This document shows, piece after piece, positions 25,231-39,630 of a stretch of 64,000 nucleotides of DNA. Every line of letters begins with the position of its first letter. Position 1 is the stretch's first letter. The stretch spans positions 42,160,001 to 42,224,000 of the forward strand of contig NC_043005.1 of assembly GCF_006345805.1 (NCBI RefSeq), read 5' to 3'. Under the pieces are notes generated by a model. That model searched no databases, was not told the DNA's origin, and saw only the letters and a program-made list of their open reading frames with translations. Made by a program: the position numbers and the translations under genes. The DNA is from Octopus sinensis (Eukaryota).

Positions 25231-28200
25231 CAGAAAATAGAAGAATATTATTATTGGCATGAATTACAAAGTCACAATTGACAAAGAAGTGGAAGGACAA
25301 GTATTTATTGCTGCTGTACTTAGGTGAATGCATTGATTTTTGTGCATTCTATTGTATTGAAACTGCACTATATGTGAAGAGTATATGGTGTTGCTATTTT
25401 AAATGGTTGGCCTCTTTCGTCGTTTGTCGACAGTATGGCAGAGACAGTAATTCAACCACTTCGGAAGCTTGTACCTAGACCTAAGTATACTAACTACCTC
25501 TCCACTCATGGATATGCAACCAATAAAAGACAAATCAATATGTTCACAGCATCCATAGTGCTACTAGAGATGCCAGATATCGGTTAAATATAACCACATG
25601 ACATCCTAATTAAATCCAAACAGGTGTTACTGTTCTGGATCAGAGTAGGCTTGGGAACAACACTGGCTAAGAGGTGGTTCTACACTCTTCAGAACTCTGG
25701 AACTTGCGAACCAGAGCCTCGCTATCGGCAGTCTTTGAAAGTGATACACAAAACATACCATGGATTTTGATTATATATGTTTTGTATATCTGTGAAACGT
25801 TGTGGTTGGGTCATGTATTTCGCTGAAGTTTTGCTTAAGTAATAGCATTGCCTTTAGGGTGGACAAGTAATATAACATAACAAAAAGAAGTCGAAGTCAA
25901 ACAACGGTTGACACAAGAAATTTTCCCCAGAGCGAATGAAAAAAAAACATTTCGAAGCTAAATGTAAACGATTTTCAGATGAGCTAGGTAAAACTACAAC
26001 AGAAAGGTTTGGTGTAGGAAACGTAAATAGTAAAGGGGATCACTGCGGCCCAGAATGTTTTCATGTGAAACATTTAATAAACTTAAAAGAACATAATAAC
26101 AAACGGAATAGTTCAAAAACTGGAAAGTAGCAGGAATGGATGAAGTTCTTAAGTTCTTTTTGAGTGAATCTCCGTCAGTTTCGACGATGAGCATGCAATT
26201 GGTCACACCACTGAACTGCTTGATCATAGAATTAACATGTAAGTGACCAAACATCCCGCTAATACTTCTCAGGAGTTAAAGAACAAAATGCAAATAAAAT
26301 TATGGAGTCAAATATTGTGCTTGCTTTTAGCATTCAAACCTTAAATATAATATTAGTGCAGAAGATAAATTCTAGAAAACAATAGTGACACTGCAAATCC
26401 TCATACGGATGCAATGATAAATATAATTCTAATGAAAAGTAGATACCATTGGATTAGAGAAATTTGCTGACGGAAAGATCTGGATCAATGAAGATTAATG
26501 AATTGTGTGTATGTGTATATATATGCATTTATATGTGTATATGTGTGTATGTGTATGTGAAAGAGAGGGAGAGAGAGACAGACAGAGAGAGAATAGATTC
26601 TAGAACGTTAACTCTAAGCGTGTTCAGTGGGAAAAGGTATTTTATCTAATAGGGTGGAGTATTTAACAGCTTAGGTTCAAAATGCCGTGGATAGCAGTAA
26701 CAATAGACTGGGCAATATTGAGAGAAATTAATGTCATACATGAGTAATACACTACATAGTATAATACAGATTACATTCAGGAAAACCTACCTGCAGCCCG
26801 TTATTTCTTATATGGATATAAAATGCTTGAAGAATTATTTGTTAGAAGCCGCAACAACGAATAGATGGTTTTCGTAAAAACCGTAACTTAAGTTTTGCAA
26901 AAATAAAATACAAAATGAAAAAACAGGAATACTCAGTTGATTACTCTAGGAACAAGACCAAATCTGTTAAAAGAGGAATTATCATAAACAACTGCCCGGT
27001 TTCAAAACATGAGCAGTAGCATAGAAATTTAGTAATACCACAGCAATGCCATGTACTCAGCACAGAGAAAAGCTACTCGTTTTTATCTTTAGTTATGCCC
27101 ACCTATGACACAAAGGGTAAAACTCCAGTATAAATACAAAATACAAATAATTCCACAAAAGGCACTTAATCTAATAGAATAAATTCTAATAAGAATGAAG
27201 ATCAAAAAGTTAAAGAGTGAAAAGACTGATGAAATAGCATGTGTACCCCCAAATAGTATTTTGAAACAAGAACAGGTAAATATATAGAATTGCTATAAAG
27301 CAACACAACAAATTATCCACAAGTGATGTAAACTAGGTGTTTTAATAACCTATGTATTTCATGCATACAATATAACTTGCACCTTGTGTAAACAACTAGA
27401 ACAAAAGAAACGAAAAAGGAGGCATAGCCATCAACCGTGAAACAAACAAGACCCAAACCATCAAACGAAACAGGAAGGAATGATCAATATTAATTTCAAC
27501 ACAAAATGAATAAAGCCAAATAAACATTAGCATAGTAAAAATAGTACATAAAACGCAGATTTAATAATACAAGAGAACCAGTGGAAATCAGGGAATATCT
27601 TCGCCTTCTACTAATTGTCGCAAAACAATAATAAAAGAGATGATTCAGAAAGCGCCACGCTAGTTGTTTCTTAAGATGACATACACTACAAACAATTGCT
27701 CAGATGCTATAATTATTCTTTTAATCTATTTCCTTCAGTGACCACCCCTTCGTTGCCCATCTCTTGTTGCTCGAGTTGTACTGATTTCTGTTTTAGTTTA
27801 ATGATACTATTCGTTGATGGATGGTTCCTTCTTCATATGTCAGATTCTACTGATTATTATATATATCACGTGGAATACTCCTAAGCCATTTTACCTTATG
27901 TCCAATATTGTGTGTTTATGTGTGTGGGGGGTGTAAAACTTCTTTTATATTTCTCACAAATTCAACAACCACCTAGAAGCTTCTTAGTTGAAGCAACCAA
28001 ATTCAAGTCTGTAATATTTGTGTCACAATAAAACATACACTAAAATCTCAACTTCCGTTTTTTTTTGTTTTTTTTTTCTGCAATAGGATTAACTCCCTGA
28101 TGCGTTTAAAATCATCTCCTGGCCTTCGGGGATGTTTCTATGAACTTCTGATAATCTGCATATATTTACTCGACCATGCTTTTGATTACGGGTGAGTGTC

Positions 28201-28469
28201 CAATGGTACAAACACATTTAATGACTTGGAAACTGACTAATTTTCTGCAATATAATCTCAGATGCTAGTCTTTCTCAATTGTTGGGCGTGTCAACCCTCA
28301 AACAAAATCAAAATTTAAAAAAGACCACTTGAAGCAATTTATTTCGAGCTTTATTAGTCCCTCAAATAGATGTAAGACTTGTTTTGTTTTTTATTCGCTT
28401 TCTTATTCTTTCCGATGATCGTACGCTTCTTTTTTCTTTCTTTCAACGTTTTTTGTTGATCTCAGTTAA

Positions 28470-28730
28470 GTATCATCATCATCATTTTGACAATGGAATT
28501 TACCATGCTACGCCAGACTTCACGGTCCATCATAGCATTACGGAGGTCCTGTTGCTGGATGCCTGTATCCCTGGAGATTATACCAGGGTAGGAGAGTGTG
28601 CGCCCTCTGGTATCGCGAGTAGATGGCTTCCAGAGGCGAAGAGTAGAAATTGCCTCGTTTTCAGCTCTACAACAATGTCCAGCAAACTGGACTCTTCTAC
28701 CTTTCACAAGAGATGATGCAGGTGGTCAGT
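28470..28730 (-). mobile_element. RTE-clade LINE 3' fragment with (GAT)n tail
   Basis: RRVQFAGHCCR...RGR...AMMDREVWRSMV, then ATG/GAT repeats. Confidence 0.85.
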
Positions 28731-29799
28731 TAAGTATACAGAATTAAGTTATATGCCCCTCTGAGAAACAGCCACTCTTTCTGCCTGCTTTTCTTCTGAG
28801 GCTTTCCAAATGTCACTGCCATGCACAACAATCAAGATGATAATTTCTCCGTTCATTTTACAAAGTATTGTACCTTATGGTGCTCACTTCTCCCTCCGAC
28901 TGAGAGTTTATGAACTAACTTCTATTTCCATCGAACTATTCAATAACATGTTATCGCTGAGATATTTATTGACCAATTGTATGAATATCGTTCGATTTTG
29001 ACCTAGTCACAAACGAGCACCGTTTTCGACCCACTAAACATATTTTTACTTATCAAAACAAATTAAATAAGTCTATTTCTTTATTAGACTCGCATCTAAT
29101 AACTTTAAGCATCTATTGTTTGGTATCTTCACTTTCAGCAATCAATGAACCAGATTTATGGATTTGTTTATAGTCGTCACTTATCTGTGGTATATTGTGA
29201 TATATTATCCCTGAGAATTTCAGCAAAAACTGTATCTTGAGACATCTTCAAAGCATTTTACCATTTTTGTTTTAGCGAAGGAACTTCTGCTGACAGATTT
29301 TTATCTCTTGGAATGATTTTTGCCATATCTTTCTACCGCCGTTAGCTAAGACAAGTTCCTCGTACCGACAAAATATTTACAGTAAATCACATGTACCAAT
29401 TTCTATTTCTTCGCCTTTTGCAGAGAGTTATCATTTCTATAAACACAGCACAGACGCCAACCATGACTGTCCACACTATCTACTATCATATGCCACTAAA
29501 TCATTATTCAATATGGTCATAAAAGCTAGTTTTTCTCCTCAAACCAAGACACACTCATTCTATAGATAAATGAAAAATTATTGCAGTGCAGCCTCACAAA
29601 TAATGAACAGTTCATCGAGAAACTCAAATTCACAAAAAAAGTTACTTATAACTCACAAAATCCATTGATTCTTCATAGCAACAACATATAAATATAGATT
29701 TACCACAAAATCATCAGAAGGACAATAATTTCTGTTTAGAACTATGGATACATCAACCTTTTAGTGAGTCTCGTATTAAAGGGTACTTCCTATTTCACT

Positions 29800-30045
29800 G
29801 GCACTCATACGTTGGGGACGAATTTCGCCGACACTCTCCGCATATAGAAATCTTCCGTTAAAAAGGAATGCACTGATCCTGTGTTTATTCCCACTTCATG
29901 AGCAATTTTCTGGATTGTTACACGATTTTCCATAACTATTCATCAAACCTTTAGAATCGGCTGCTCGTTTCCACTTGTGGATGGCCTGTTTGAATGTGCC
30001 TCACCCTCCTCTGGGTTGCGGCATGTTTGAAGCGGTTGCATTAGT
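29800..30045 (-). mobile_element. mariner transposase N-terminal remnant
   Basis: Minus strand: RPSTSGNE...VTIQKIAHEVGINTGSVHSFLTEDFYMRRVSAKFVP (second HTH plus WVPHEL-like motif), with stops. Confidence 0.8.
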
Positions 30046-31480
30046 CCTTCATCTGAGTTTTGCTCATGGCATCAACGCCAACGACCCGCTATGTATGCAT
30101 GTATGTATGGGGATATATAAAAAATTGAGAGTACTGACCACTAAAAGTGGACAGCCTATATGCTAAACATAGACGTCAAATCGCCATTACCACGAAGAAT
30201 GTGTTCTGAAGAAAAATCTCAGCAAAAAAACGAAATGTAAAAATAAGCAAGACAAATGAAAATATACGAAATAAAAAATGATTACCTATGTACCACTGGT
30301 TTCACTTGTTAATATTTACGTATATGGACACGCAAACATATGCAAGATCATCAGCATAGTCTGTCGTTTACAAAACTTAGTTTCCAGAACTAGATATAGA
30401 ACGCTCAACCGAAATCCATTATGTATACAGTTCTACAAATTATATTTAAGTGTATCTTTCAAATGTCTTCACTTTTGTGCGCTGAGATCGGAAACTACTC
30501 TGCAGTTAATAAACTACAGCAGTCAATTTACCGGTTAGAGAACATTTTTTAATTTAAAATTAAATAAGGATAGAAACAATTTTAATTAAAACAATTTTTT
30601 AATCTTCGGATTTAAAAAAAATATGCTAAGCCACTAGTTTTAATTGATTAATATCAATTTCTTCCCTTATTTAATTTTATGTATATATATATATATGTAC
30701 ATACACTTGTATATGGTATGTTTTGAATTTATGGAAAGAAGTCCCATAAAATTCAACAATTTTGATAAAAATGGTGAAGAGAAGATGTTAGAGTATATAA
30801 GAGAAATTTAATTCATCCAGACGGTCGTTTCGTACAGCGATATAAAGACCATGCAAATTTATGGTTGAACAGAATTAATTAAATTAGGTTGAAAGTAATG
30901 ATACCAAACAATAAAAAGGTTAAACAAATAATAACAGATGGATTGTGGTTCACTACAGCTATCTTAGAGGTGTTTTTTTTAATGTACATATGTGTTACAT
31001 CAAGAAAAGAAAACAACCAATTTTCATCAGGTGAACACAGGTAAGAATTAAAAATTTTGAACACCTCATGAACAAGTATAAAGAGCTATTTGATTCTACC
31101 GACCCAGATTCGGTCAGTGAGTGAAAATTTCAAATTAGAATCAATTTTATAAAGTGGAACTCGATAAAAGGAACTGGATCGAGGAGGGAAGTGGATGGAG
31201 AAATATAAGGGAGAGAAATACTAAATCGAGAAGAGAGAAAGGAAAGTGCATGATGTCGTTTGACCTCGTAAAGAGTTATAAATAACATAAGACTATTCCT
31301 AGATAGTAGACAGGGTCTTCAGACACAAGAGCAATAAAAAAGGAGAGGTAGGAGTAACCAGATCACTACGCACATGCATACATTTCTGTACATAGAAACC
31401 CGCACAGAAATAAATTGATAAAACTACTCACACTCATGTAGACACATACACGTATTCACTATTATACATACAATAATAGT

Positions 31481-31517
<37 letters not shown>

Positions 31518-31717
31518 CATACATATACATATATCCATACTCTCTCATATATTCTAATATATACCTACACACTTACCGCACACACTCCAAAGCGCGTCCA
31601 TTCTTCTACTAACACATACGCATCCGCTTTCACTTAATTGCACACTCATATATATGTCGGGCGGTGGTTTGGCTGGCTTAAACTTCGAAGTCACTACGAA
31701 TAATATTCTTGTTTACG

Positions 31718-31775
<58 letters not shown>

Positions 31776-32596
31776 TATATAGGTGTGCGTCTGTATTTGA
31801 ATTTGGCGCATGTGTGTATCTGTGTGTGTATGTGTGTGTTACTCTAGAAACCATGGTCGCTTCGAATCCTAAGGCATTTCGGTATATCGTATAACTTCTG
31901 GTATATCGTATATCATAGCGATTCCTTCCAGCAGAAGGCTATATGTTTTAAGCCATTAGTGTATGTATGCGTTTATGCTGAGACACATGTGTATATATAA
32001 ACGACTAGCGACCATAAATGCATTATGTTTATACACCTCGTCAATCTAAAACACTCACATACAAACAAACCAACAAATACATACAAATACATACTATTCT
32101 ATATGTATATGTATTTAAGTGCGTGTTTATTAATTTCTTTATTTATGTATGTGTAGACGCCGCTTTTGGCTCTTTATATATTTGGCATTGAGATGAAATG
32201 TTATTGATGTTTGGCATACGATATTCTGTTGTTAGTCGACTAGTAGACAGCTTGCTGATTTTGAACAAACATTCGATACTGTGTGTTAGATGAGATAGAG
32301 AAATAAATAATTTGCTGCCAGTAGTTTCTTCATATAGTTATGGATTCTTCAACTGTTTATTTACAGCATCTAATATCAGCCAATATTCCATGTTAGACAG
32401 CGTCTGTTTTAATGTTTCAGATAATTTACTGGCATTTACTAACTGTTCCTTTTCTATTTGTTTTTCTCTTGAATAATAGATAGTAGTTCTTTTCTCTTTT
32501 TCTTTTTTTTTCTTTTCCACTTTTCTTTAATATCTCTCGTATACAACGATTTATACATCTTTTCGTTGGGCTTGTTCACTGAAGATAGGGTGCAAT

Positions 32597-32672
<76 letters not shown>
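32597..32672. repeat. (CTA)n(ATA)n microsatellite
   Basis: Visible runs. Confidence 0.95.
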
Positions 32673-32673
<1 letters not shown>

Positions 32674-33469
32674 CTGCCATTTCTTTTGTTAGTTCTGCAT
32701 TATCAGAAGTATTCATTGCTTTTATTCCTTTTCCTGGTTCTAATAAGGATTTCTCACATTGATAAAACGATCAAATTGAACTCATTATATAACTGCAATA
32801 TACTGAGCACAACAAGGGAAATAAATTAGCAAATAATGGATTGATGACACCATATTATTACTTCACATTTTCAGATGTGGAGGTAGATAGCAATGATATA
32901 GAAACTGAACTAAAGATATGCATTCATTAAAAAATGAAATACGGAAACTGGTTAATCAGAATAAAAACAAAAAAAAGGTAATTTATAGGGAAGTGTAAAT
33001 ATAGTGAGTGAAATATTGCTGTAAAATGCATGTAGTACAGATTAACTAAAAAATAGATAAAATAGATTTGAACGAGGTGATGACATGGAAAGCACAATGT
33101 AGTATTTTAACCTGAAACACCGAGATTTTGTAAATACAGAAAAGTATGGCTAGATTGTACTTGTTGTTTAGCTCCCGGTGGATCGTGATCAAGTAATCTT
33201 AAGATCAAAGGCATTTTAGCTTTGGTTATCCCTCCACGAAAAGTATCGTCAAGTATTAACTTGTAATCTATGAAATACACAAAATTAATATTTCAATAAA
33301 GTTACATGGCATTTTTTAACATTTATTTTAAATTATGTGTGGCCTATTTTGTATTCTGCACATTCGAGGATACAGAATTACAGCGGATTCAAACTACGGC
33401 AGGGATGTTTGATGTGTCAGTTTTCATTTCTGACGCTAGGCTCTCTCTATCTGTTATATTTATCTACTT

Positions 33470-33805
33470 CAGTTATCTTATCCTATCCGTTGACCGTGTG
33501 GTCATTGGCACATTCGTTGATCACGTTGCAACCAGATTTCAGCACTTCTCTCGGTCTTTTCTTGATCTCAGTGGGTTGGCAAAATTGAGAACAGTCCACT
33601 CTTTAATGTTACAAGCCATCTTTTCATTGGCCCACGTTGCTTCCTTTCACCTTCCACTGTGCCTTGTAAGATTGTCTTTGCTAGGCTATAACTTCTTGTA
33701 ACATGACAATACCATTTCAGTTTCCTTGCCTTTACAATTGTCAGCAGATCCTTATGTGGTCCAATAGCCTAAGTTATTCTCATCCTTACTTCGTTATTAG
33801 TTGGC
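33470..33805 (-). mobile_element. RTE-clade LINE 3' fragment
   Basis: IGPHKDLLTIVKARKLKWYCHV...LAKTILQGTVEG...NIKEWT...DREK. Confidence 0.85.
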
Positions 33806-34904
33806 ACACCACACTAATGTGCAGCTGGAGCATGGTATCATTACAGTAGGACGCATTAGCTGACATTGCTAAGTTTAAATCGTCATCTTGTCTGCCCTAT
33901 CAACTTTTACGGTAATTCTTTATCATTCGTGACAATGATAATGTATGGTGTTCAACTGCTTAGATTATGCCAAATGCTTCATATCCGGATACTTAGTGTG
34001 TAGACACCTTATTTAAGTATTATATAGTAAAAAACTACGCGAAATGCATTTGAACAAATTCCATGGGGATTTTCATATCAATTTTGGAATATTTCGTCTC
34101 CTTACGGCAATTTATTGTCGATATTATTGACTTCAAACTTGGATGACTGATAATCAATAATTTACTAAATGGCATCGATATATTAAAAAAATAATCTCAC
34201 ACACATTAAAACAAAAACAAAAATTAAATAAAACAGAAACATACCACTCCCATTTTGTAACTTCTGTGTAATAATGTGGTACTAAAGTACTTTAAGTAGA
34301 TCGCATCCAATCCAAAGACCAATTCACTACCCGTTCAGAAATCCTTTGTTGCTAGCTCACTATTTATTCAGCTACATTATTAACAACACAATCATAATAA
34401 TATTCTTCATGTTTTACATCGAAAAAGAATAGCTTACAGTTAAATCCTGGCAAAATTCTGCTAGTAGTCAACAGATAAGATTAATACATTTCCTCTAGCG
34501 CTCGAATCGTCGATAACTATTTCAGTTTTCTTTTATATTTCTGACATTGATTGCTTTTATTTCATCGTAGTCTTCCAATACAGAGAAAACATGTTGCCAG
34601 AAATGTGATTACTAAAGGAAAGCTCAACCTCGAAGTGTGTCCTTTTGATGAAAACCATGTTATATTCCAGACCGAAATCTAGAATGTGATTGGCTTTCGT
34701 TTCTTTATAAAGCAAATAATAAATTCAGTGAGGCCTGAAGACAAGACTATGAACAAACCATTCTTTCGCCGCCTTCTCCCATTTGGTTAGTGAGAATCAA
34801 ACCTCTTTCATAAAATATATGCATCGTAGCTATAAATTTGTGCATTTCTTCTCTGATGCATCAATCAACGTATCTACCGTGTATGTATTCGCATGTTTAT
34901 ATTA

Positions 34905-35120
<216 letters not shown>

Positions 35121-36109
35121 AGAGCTGGGAAAACTTATTCTACCTATTTCAAAACCCGAAACCTGTTCACGTAACCATTATTTAGTGTCAATGCTTTCGT
35201 GGCACTATCCGCAACCTGATCTCTGACACCGATGAATAAAAGAAAAGCGATTTTGTCTCATTTGAATAGTTACAATGTGTATTCCGCGCTGTAATTGTTA
35301 TTTTTTATTTTAAAACATAGTCTCAGATCAAATCACTTTTCATACAAGTACAATTCGGTTCTCTGCGTGTGTGTGTGTTTGTGTGTGTGAGAGTGTGTGT
35401 GTGTGTATGTGCGTGCGTGTGTGTGGGGCGTAGGTGTGTGTGGGTGTGGGTATAATATATACGCGACGCATCCATTTCCAAGTAAGTTTATCTTCACATT
35501 TTTTATGCGACTCTACACTGTTTTCTTCCTCCATCCTTCTCTAATTCCCTTTTTCTCCCCCTCCCTCCTTCACCGTTTTCTATCTGTCTCTCTCCCCTCT
35601 TTCTATTTCTCTCTCCCCTCTTTCTAATTTTCTCTCTCTCTCTCGTTGATCACACGTGACCATCGCCCATCTTTCTTTTCCTGCACGGATAGCACGGATA
35701 TTCAAAAGAACGGACGTGTTTTTGTTTCTCTTTTTTCTATCTTTTCTCTTTGCAAAAAAAAATATTTTTCCCAGCGTTTATTATTTTTCTCTCGCTCTGG
35801 TCTAACGACCCCGCCACGTTTGTTTTCGTTCAGATTCTTTTTATGTCCACACTGTCATGTTTGTTCCCAACTTTGATCCTCCATAAATCCTGAATTTTAT
35901 TTCAGAATTTAAAGGAGCAACTGCGTTTGAAGACTCATATTGTCATTGAATGCTCGAAATGCGGAGTAGATAGACAGCCGACAAATAACGAAGGGTCTTT
36001 TTCTGTGTTTACTTTTTTTCCTCATTGTTTACGTATTTAATTGATGTTATTTCATGTTATTTTCAACGTTGGTGACGTCCTGTACCCATATATGTATGTA
36101 TACATACAC

Positions 36110-36199
<90 letters not shown>

Positions 36200-36205
36200 A
36201 TATAT

Positions 36206-36371
36206 AGGCACATGACTGGCTATGTGGTAAGAAGCTTGCTTCCCAACAACATGATTCTGGATTCAGTCCCACCGCATGGAACCTTGGGCAAGTGTCCTCT
36301 ACTTTAGCCTCAAGCTGACCAAAACCTTCTGAATGGATTTGGCAGGCAAAATTTGAAAAAAAGCCCATCGT
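36206..36371 (+). mobile_element. 5' module of bipartite CORE-type SINE
   Basis: TGGCTATGTGGTAAGAAGCTTGCTTCCCAAC...CCTTGGGCAAGTG...AAGCCCATCG; same family as 11596-11971. Confidence 0.85.
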
Positions 36372-36386
36372 GTGTATATATATATA

Positions 36387-36453
<67 letters not shown>

Positions 36454-36455
36454 AC

Positions 36456-36488
<33 letters not shown>

Positions 36489-36496
<8 letters not shown>

Positions 36497-36967
36497 ATAT
36501 CTCGGAATGGTCATATTGCCAGTTTAGCCAATAAAAACACACGCACTATATATTTGGTGTTATTTTGCTTCAGTGATATTTATTTTTTACATTAATCTTA
36601 ATCTTATTTCGGCCAGAGTTCTTTCGTCACACTCCTGTGACCGCATTAGTGGTCCTTTGTTTTCTTCTTTCGTATTTGTGCCTCTCTTTACTAACCGTCA
36701 GCCATTTTGTATTTCTATTGTATGTCTTCATTTGCGCATGCTTATATCTCTATGTGCGTCTATGTTTATTTAGTGTGTGTGGGGGGGATGCCTGTAATAT
36801 TTGTATCTTCTGTTTATATACATTCATGTAATTTGTATTTTGTTTTTGTTGTTGTTGCTTTTGTTCTAATTTTGTTCATGTGTTTACATCCACCCATTAT
36901 TATCATTACATATGCTTGTATGTATGTATAACAACAATTTTAGTAATAATAATAATAAATCTAATCG

Positions 36968-37025
<58 letters not shown>

Positions 37026-37378
37026 CATATACACATATATATATACACATATACATATATATATATATATATACATACATATACATACACAGATATATAT
37101 ACATATATATAGTTATTCATTTCTATTTGTTTATTTATCTGTGTATTTATTTATTATGTTTTCGGGATCCTCTATCGTCATATGTTGTGGTGTGGCCGAA
37201 ATAAGATTAAGATTAATGTAAAAAATAAATATCACTGAAGCAAAATAACACCAAATATATAGTGCGTGTGTTTTTATTGGCTAAACTGGCAATATGACCA
37301 TTCCGAAATATAACAATATCTGTTTCAACACACGACTTCACATAAAAAAATCTTCCACAACAAATATTTAAACGTACT
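36489..37378. mobile_element. fold-back element with 127-bp inverted arms (Penelope-like inverted pseudo-LTR structure)
   Basis: 36489-36615 is the reverse complement of 37193-37319 with 1 mismatch. The right arm runs about 60 bp further, and both sides are (TA)n. The inverted repeat is certain; the PLE label is inference. Confidence 0.7.
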
Positions 37379-37379
37379 A

Positions 37380-37453
<74 letters not shown>

Positions 37454-37470
37454 AATACATATGTATTTTT

Positions 37471-37660
37471 GTGTCTATGTTTGGCCTCCCACCATCGCTT
37501 GACAACCGATGCTGGTATGTTTATTCTCCGTAACTTAGAAACAGAGGCCTCTAGAATAAGTACTAGGCTTACAAAGAATAAATACTGGGGTCGATTTGTT
37601 TGTCAAAGGCGATGCTCCAGCATGAATGCAGGCAAATGACTGAAGCAAGTAAATGAATAA
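37471..37660 (+). mobile_element. 3' module of bipartite CORE-type SINE (partner of 36206-36371)
   Basis: CATCGCTTGACAACCGATGCTGG...CCGTAACTTAG...GCTCCAGCATG...ATGACTGAAGCAAGTAAA. Confidence 0.85.
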
Positions 37661-37678
37661 CAACATAAAAAAATATGC

Positions 37679-37679
<1 letters not shown>

Positions 37680-37755
<76 letters not shown>

Positions 37756-37797
37756 TGCGTGTGTTCGTGCGTGTGTGTGTATGTGTGTGTGTGTGTG
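37680..37797. repeat. (TG)n microsatellite
   Basis: Long perfect GT run. Confidence 0.95.
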
Positions 37798-39299
37798 TTC
37801 TTGACCACACTTAGTCTTACCAACTGAGTAACGTATCCTTCGCTGATTGGGCCTAATAAAACTGAAACATGTTCGTTGCTTTCATCAAATAGCTTTATCT
37901 TCTCCAGTTCTCCTTCAGTTCTTATATCCACTTCATTCAAATATTTCGATCCTCTTGGATATATCTTCGTTTCTTACCGGTTTAGAGTTCTTAAAAACCT
38001 CAATAGTAACTGTTGTCTATTAACAGCTTAGATAATTTTCAGTTGAGTAAAATTACTATTATCAACTTACTACTATCATCTCCGTACTACATAACACGTT
38101 TAAGCTGAAACAGTGAGAGAAGAAAATACAGATAATGAGACTGATGTGGAGAAAATATTGATGTTATTTTAATCTGAGAACTACAACAAAATTTTATAAC
38201 AAACCGTGATAAACTTTAATAAATATTTTAAAGAAGATTATATGAATGTGCACTTATAATATTCTGGTATTACCCCACTCCCGTTCCAATAACTTCAAGT
38301 ATTCACTTTGCTTCGTTACACAACTTTCTACTCCTTTTATTAACCTATTTTCTTTCTAAAATCTTTCATCTCAGTTCCTTCTGACGATTCTATTTTCCCG
38401 TTCACTCATACCTTATTATCATCCTAACGACAAAAACGTGACTTTGAATTAAACAGCTAAAGCTTGTTAAAGACACGACAAAGGGAAATTTGTATTAAAA
38501 TTTCTATATTTTCACTAGCGTTAAAATATTCTGTGAAGATTAAAAGATCATAGTAAAGTTCATGGCAAAAGGCAACGGATATCCGTTACAGACAAATGAA
38601 TCGAAAATATCACTTATTAGAATATGTTGACAATTTCAAGTTTTATTGCGGTTACATTTTGCTTCATTATTTTTGAGGAAATGACGAAAGAAGACTGGTA
38701 AAATATGCTGACCAACAATGAATGATGCATCAGCTATATTAGGTATGATTTCTAAAGTTGCTTAAATTCTGATCCGTTTGAGATTCACGCTTAAACGAGG
38801 ATTGAATGAATTGTAGCAAGTCATTTTCAGTATTTAAAATTTTCAGACCTGTAGCGGAGTGGTTTAAATAAATGTGACTTGACAAATGTACATAACTATA
38901 TACAGAAATATAATAGACAGACAGAATATTCTTACAGTGAATCAATATCACATAACCGGTTGAGTAGCATCAAAGACGGCTTATGGAACAATCTAGTAGA
39001 CAATGCATTTGTAAGCACTATTCGACCTGGTTTTTCATGTTTTGTAAGTATATTTATAACAAAGGTCCCCATATCAGCCGTCGCTTTTAAAGCACATCAC
39101 AATTTTCCGTGTAGTGGGCAGTATTTTGAAAGACAGGGCATGTCTGCAAAACGGCATTGTTTCACAAAAGTGAAGCACATGAGATGTATTATTTACTGAT
39201 ATTGTAACCAGGTTCGTGACTTTCAACAAAATTCAATCCGAGAGAACTTACCCTCACAATTATTCATATACACGAATTACATATGTAAACTTGTAGACC

Positions 39300-39546
39300 G
39301 ATATAATGCACATGTGTGCACATGTGTGCACATGTCTGCACATATATGTATGTATATGTATGAGTGCTTATGTATAAATATATATATATATATATATACA
39401 TACATGTTTGCATGTATATACATATGTGTGTATATATATTTATATATATATGTATATATGTGTATATATGTGTATATATATATATGCATATATGTACGTA
39501 TATATACATATATACACACACATATATATGCATGTCTATATGTATG

Positions 39547-39594
<48 letters not shown>

Positions 39595-39630
39595 TGCGTG
39601 TGTATGTGTGTGTACACATACACACATATG
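39300..39630. repeat. degenerate (TA)/(TG) microsatellite
   Basis: Visible runs. Confidence 0.9.

Noticed and set aside
25480-26480. Possible further repeat or DNA-transposon remnants
   Set aside because: No motif clear enough to assign a family by eye.
30090-30540. Possible non-autonomous DNA element next to the mariner remnant
   Set aside because: No paired TIR or TSD could be identified.
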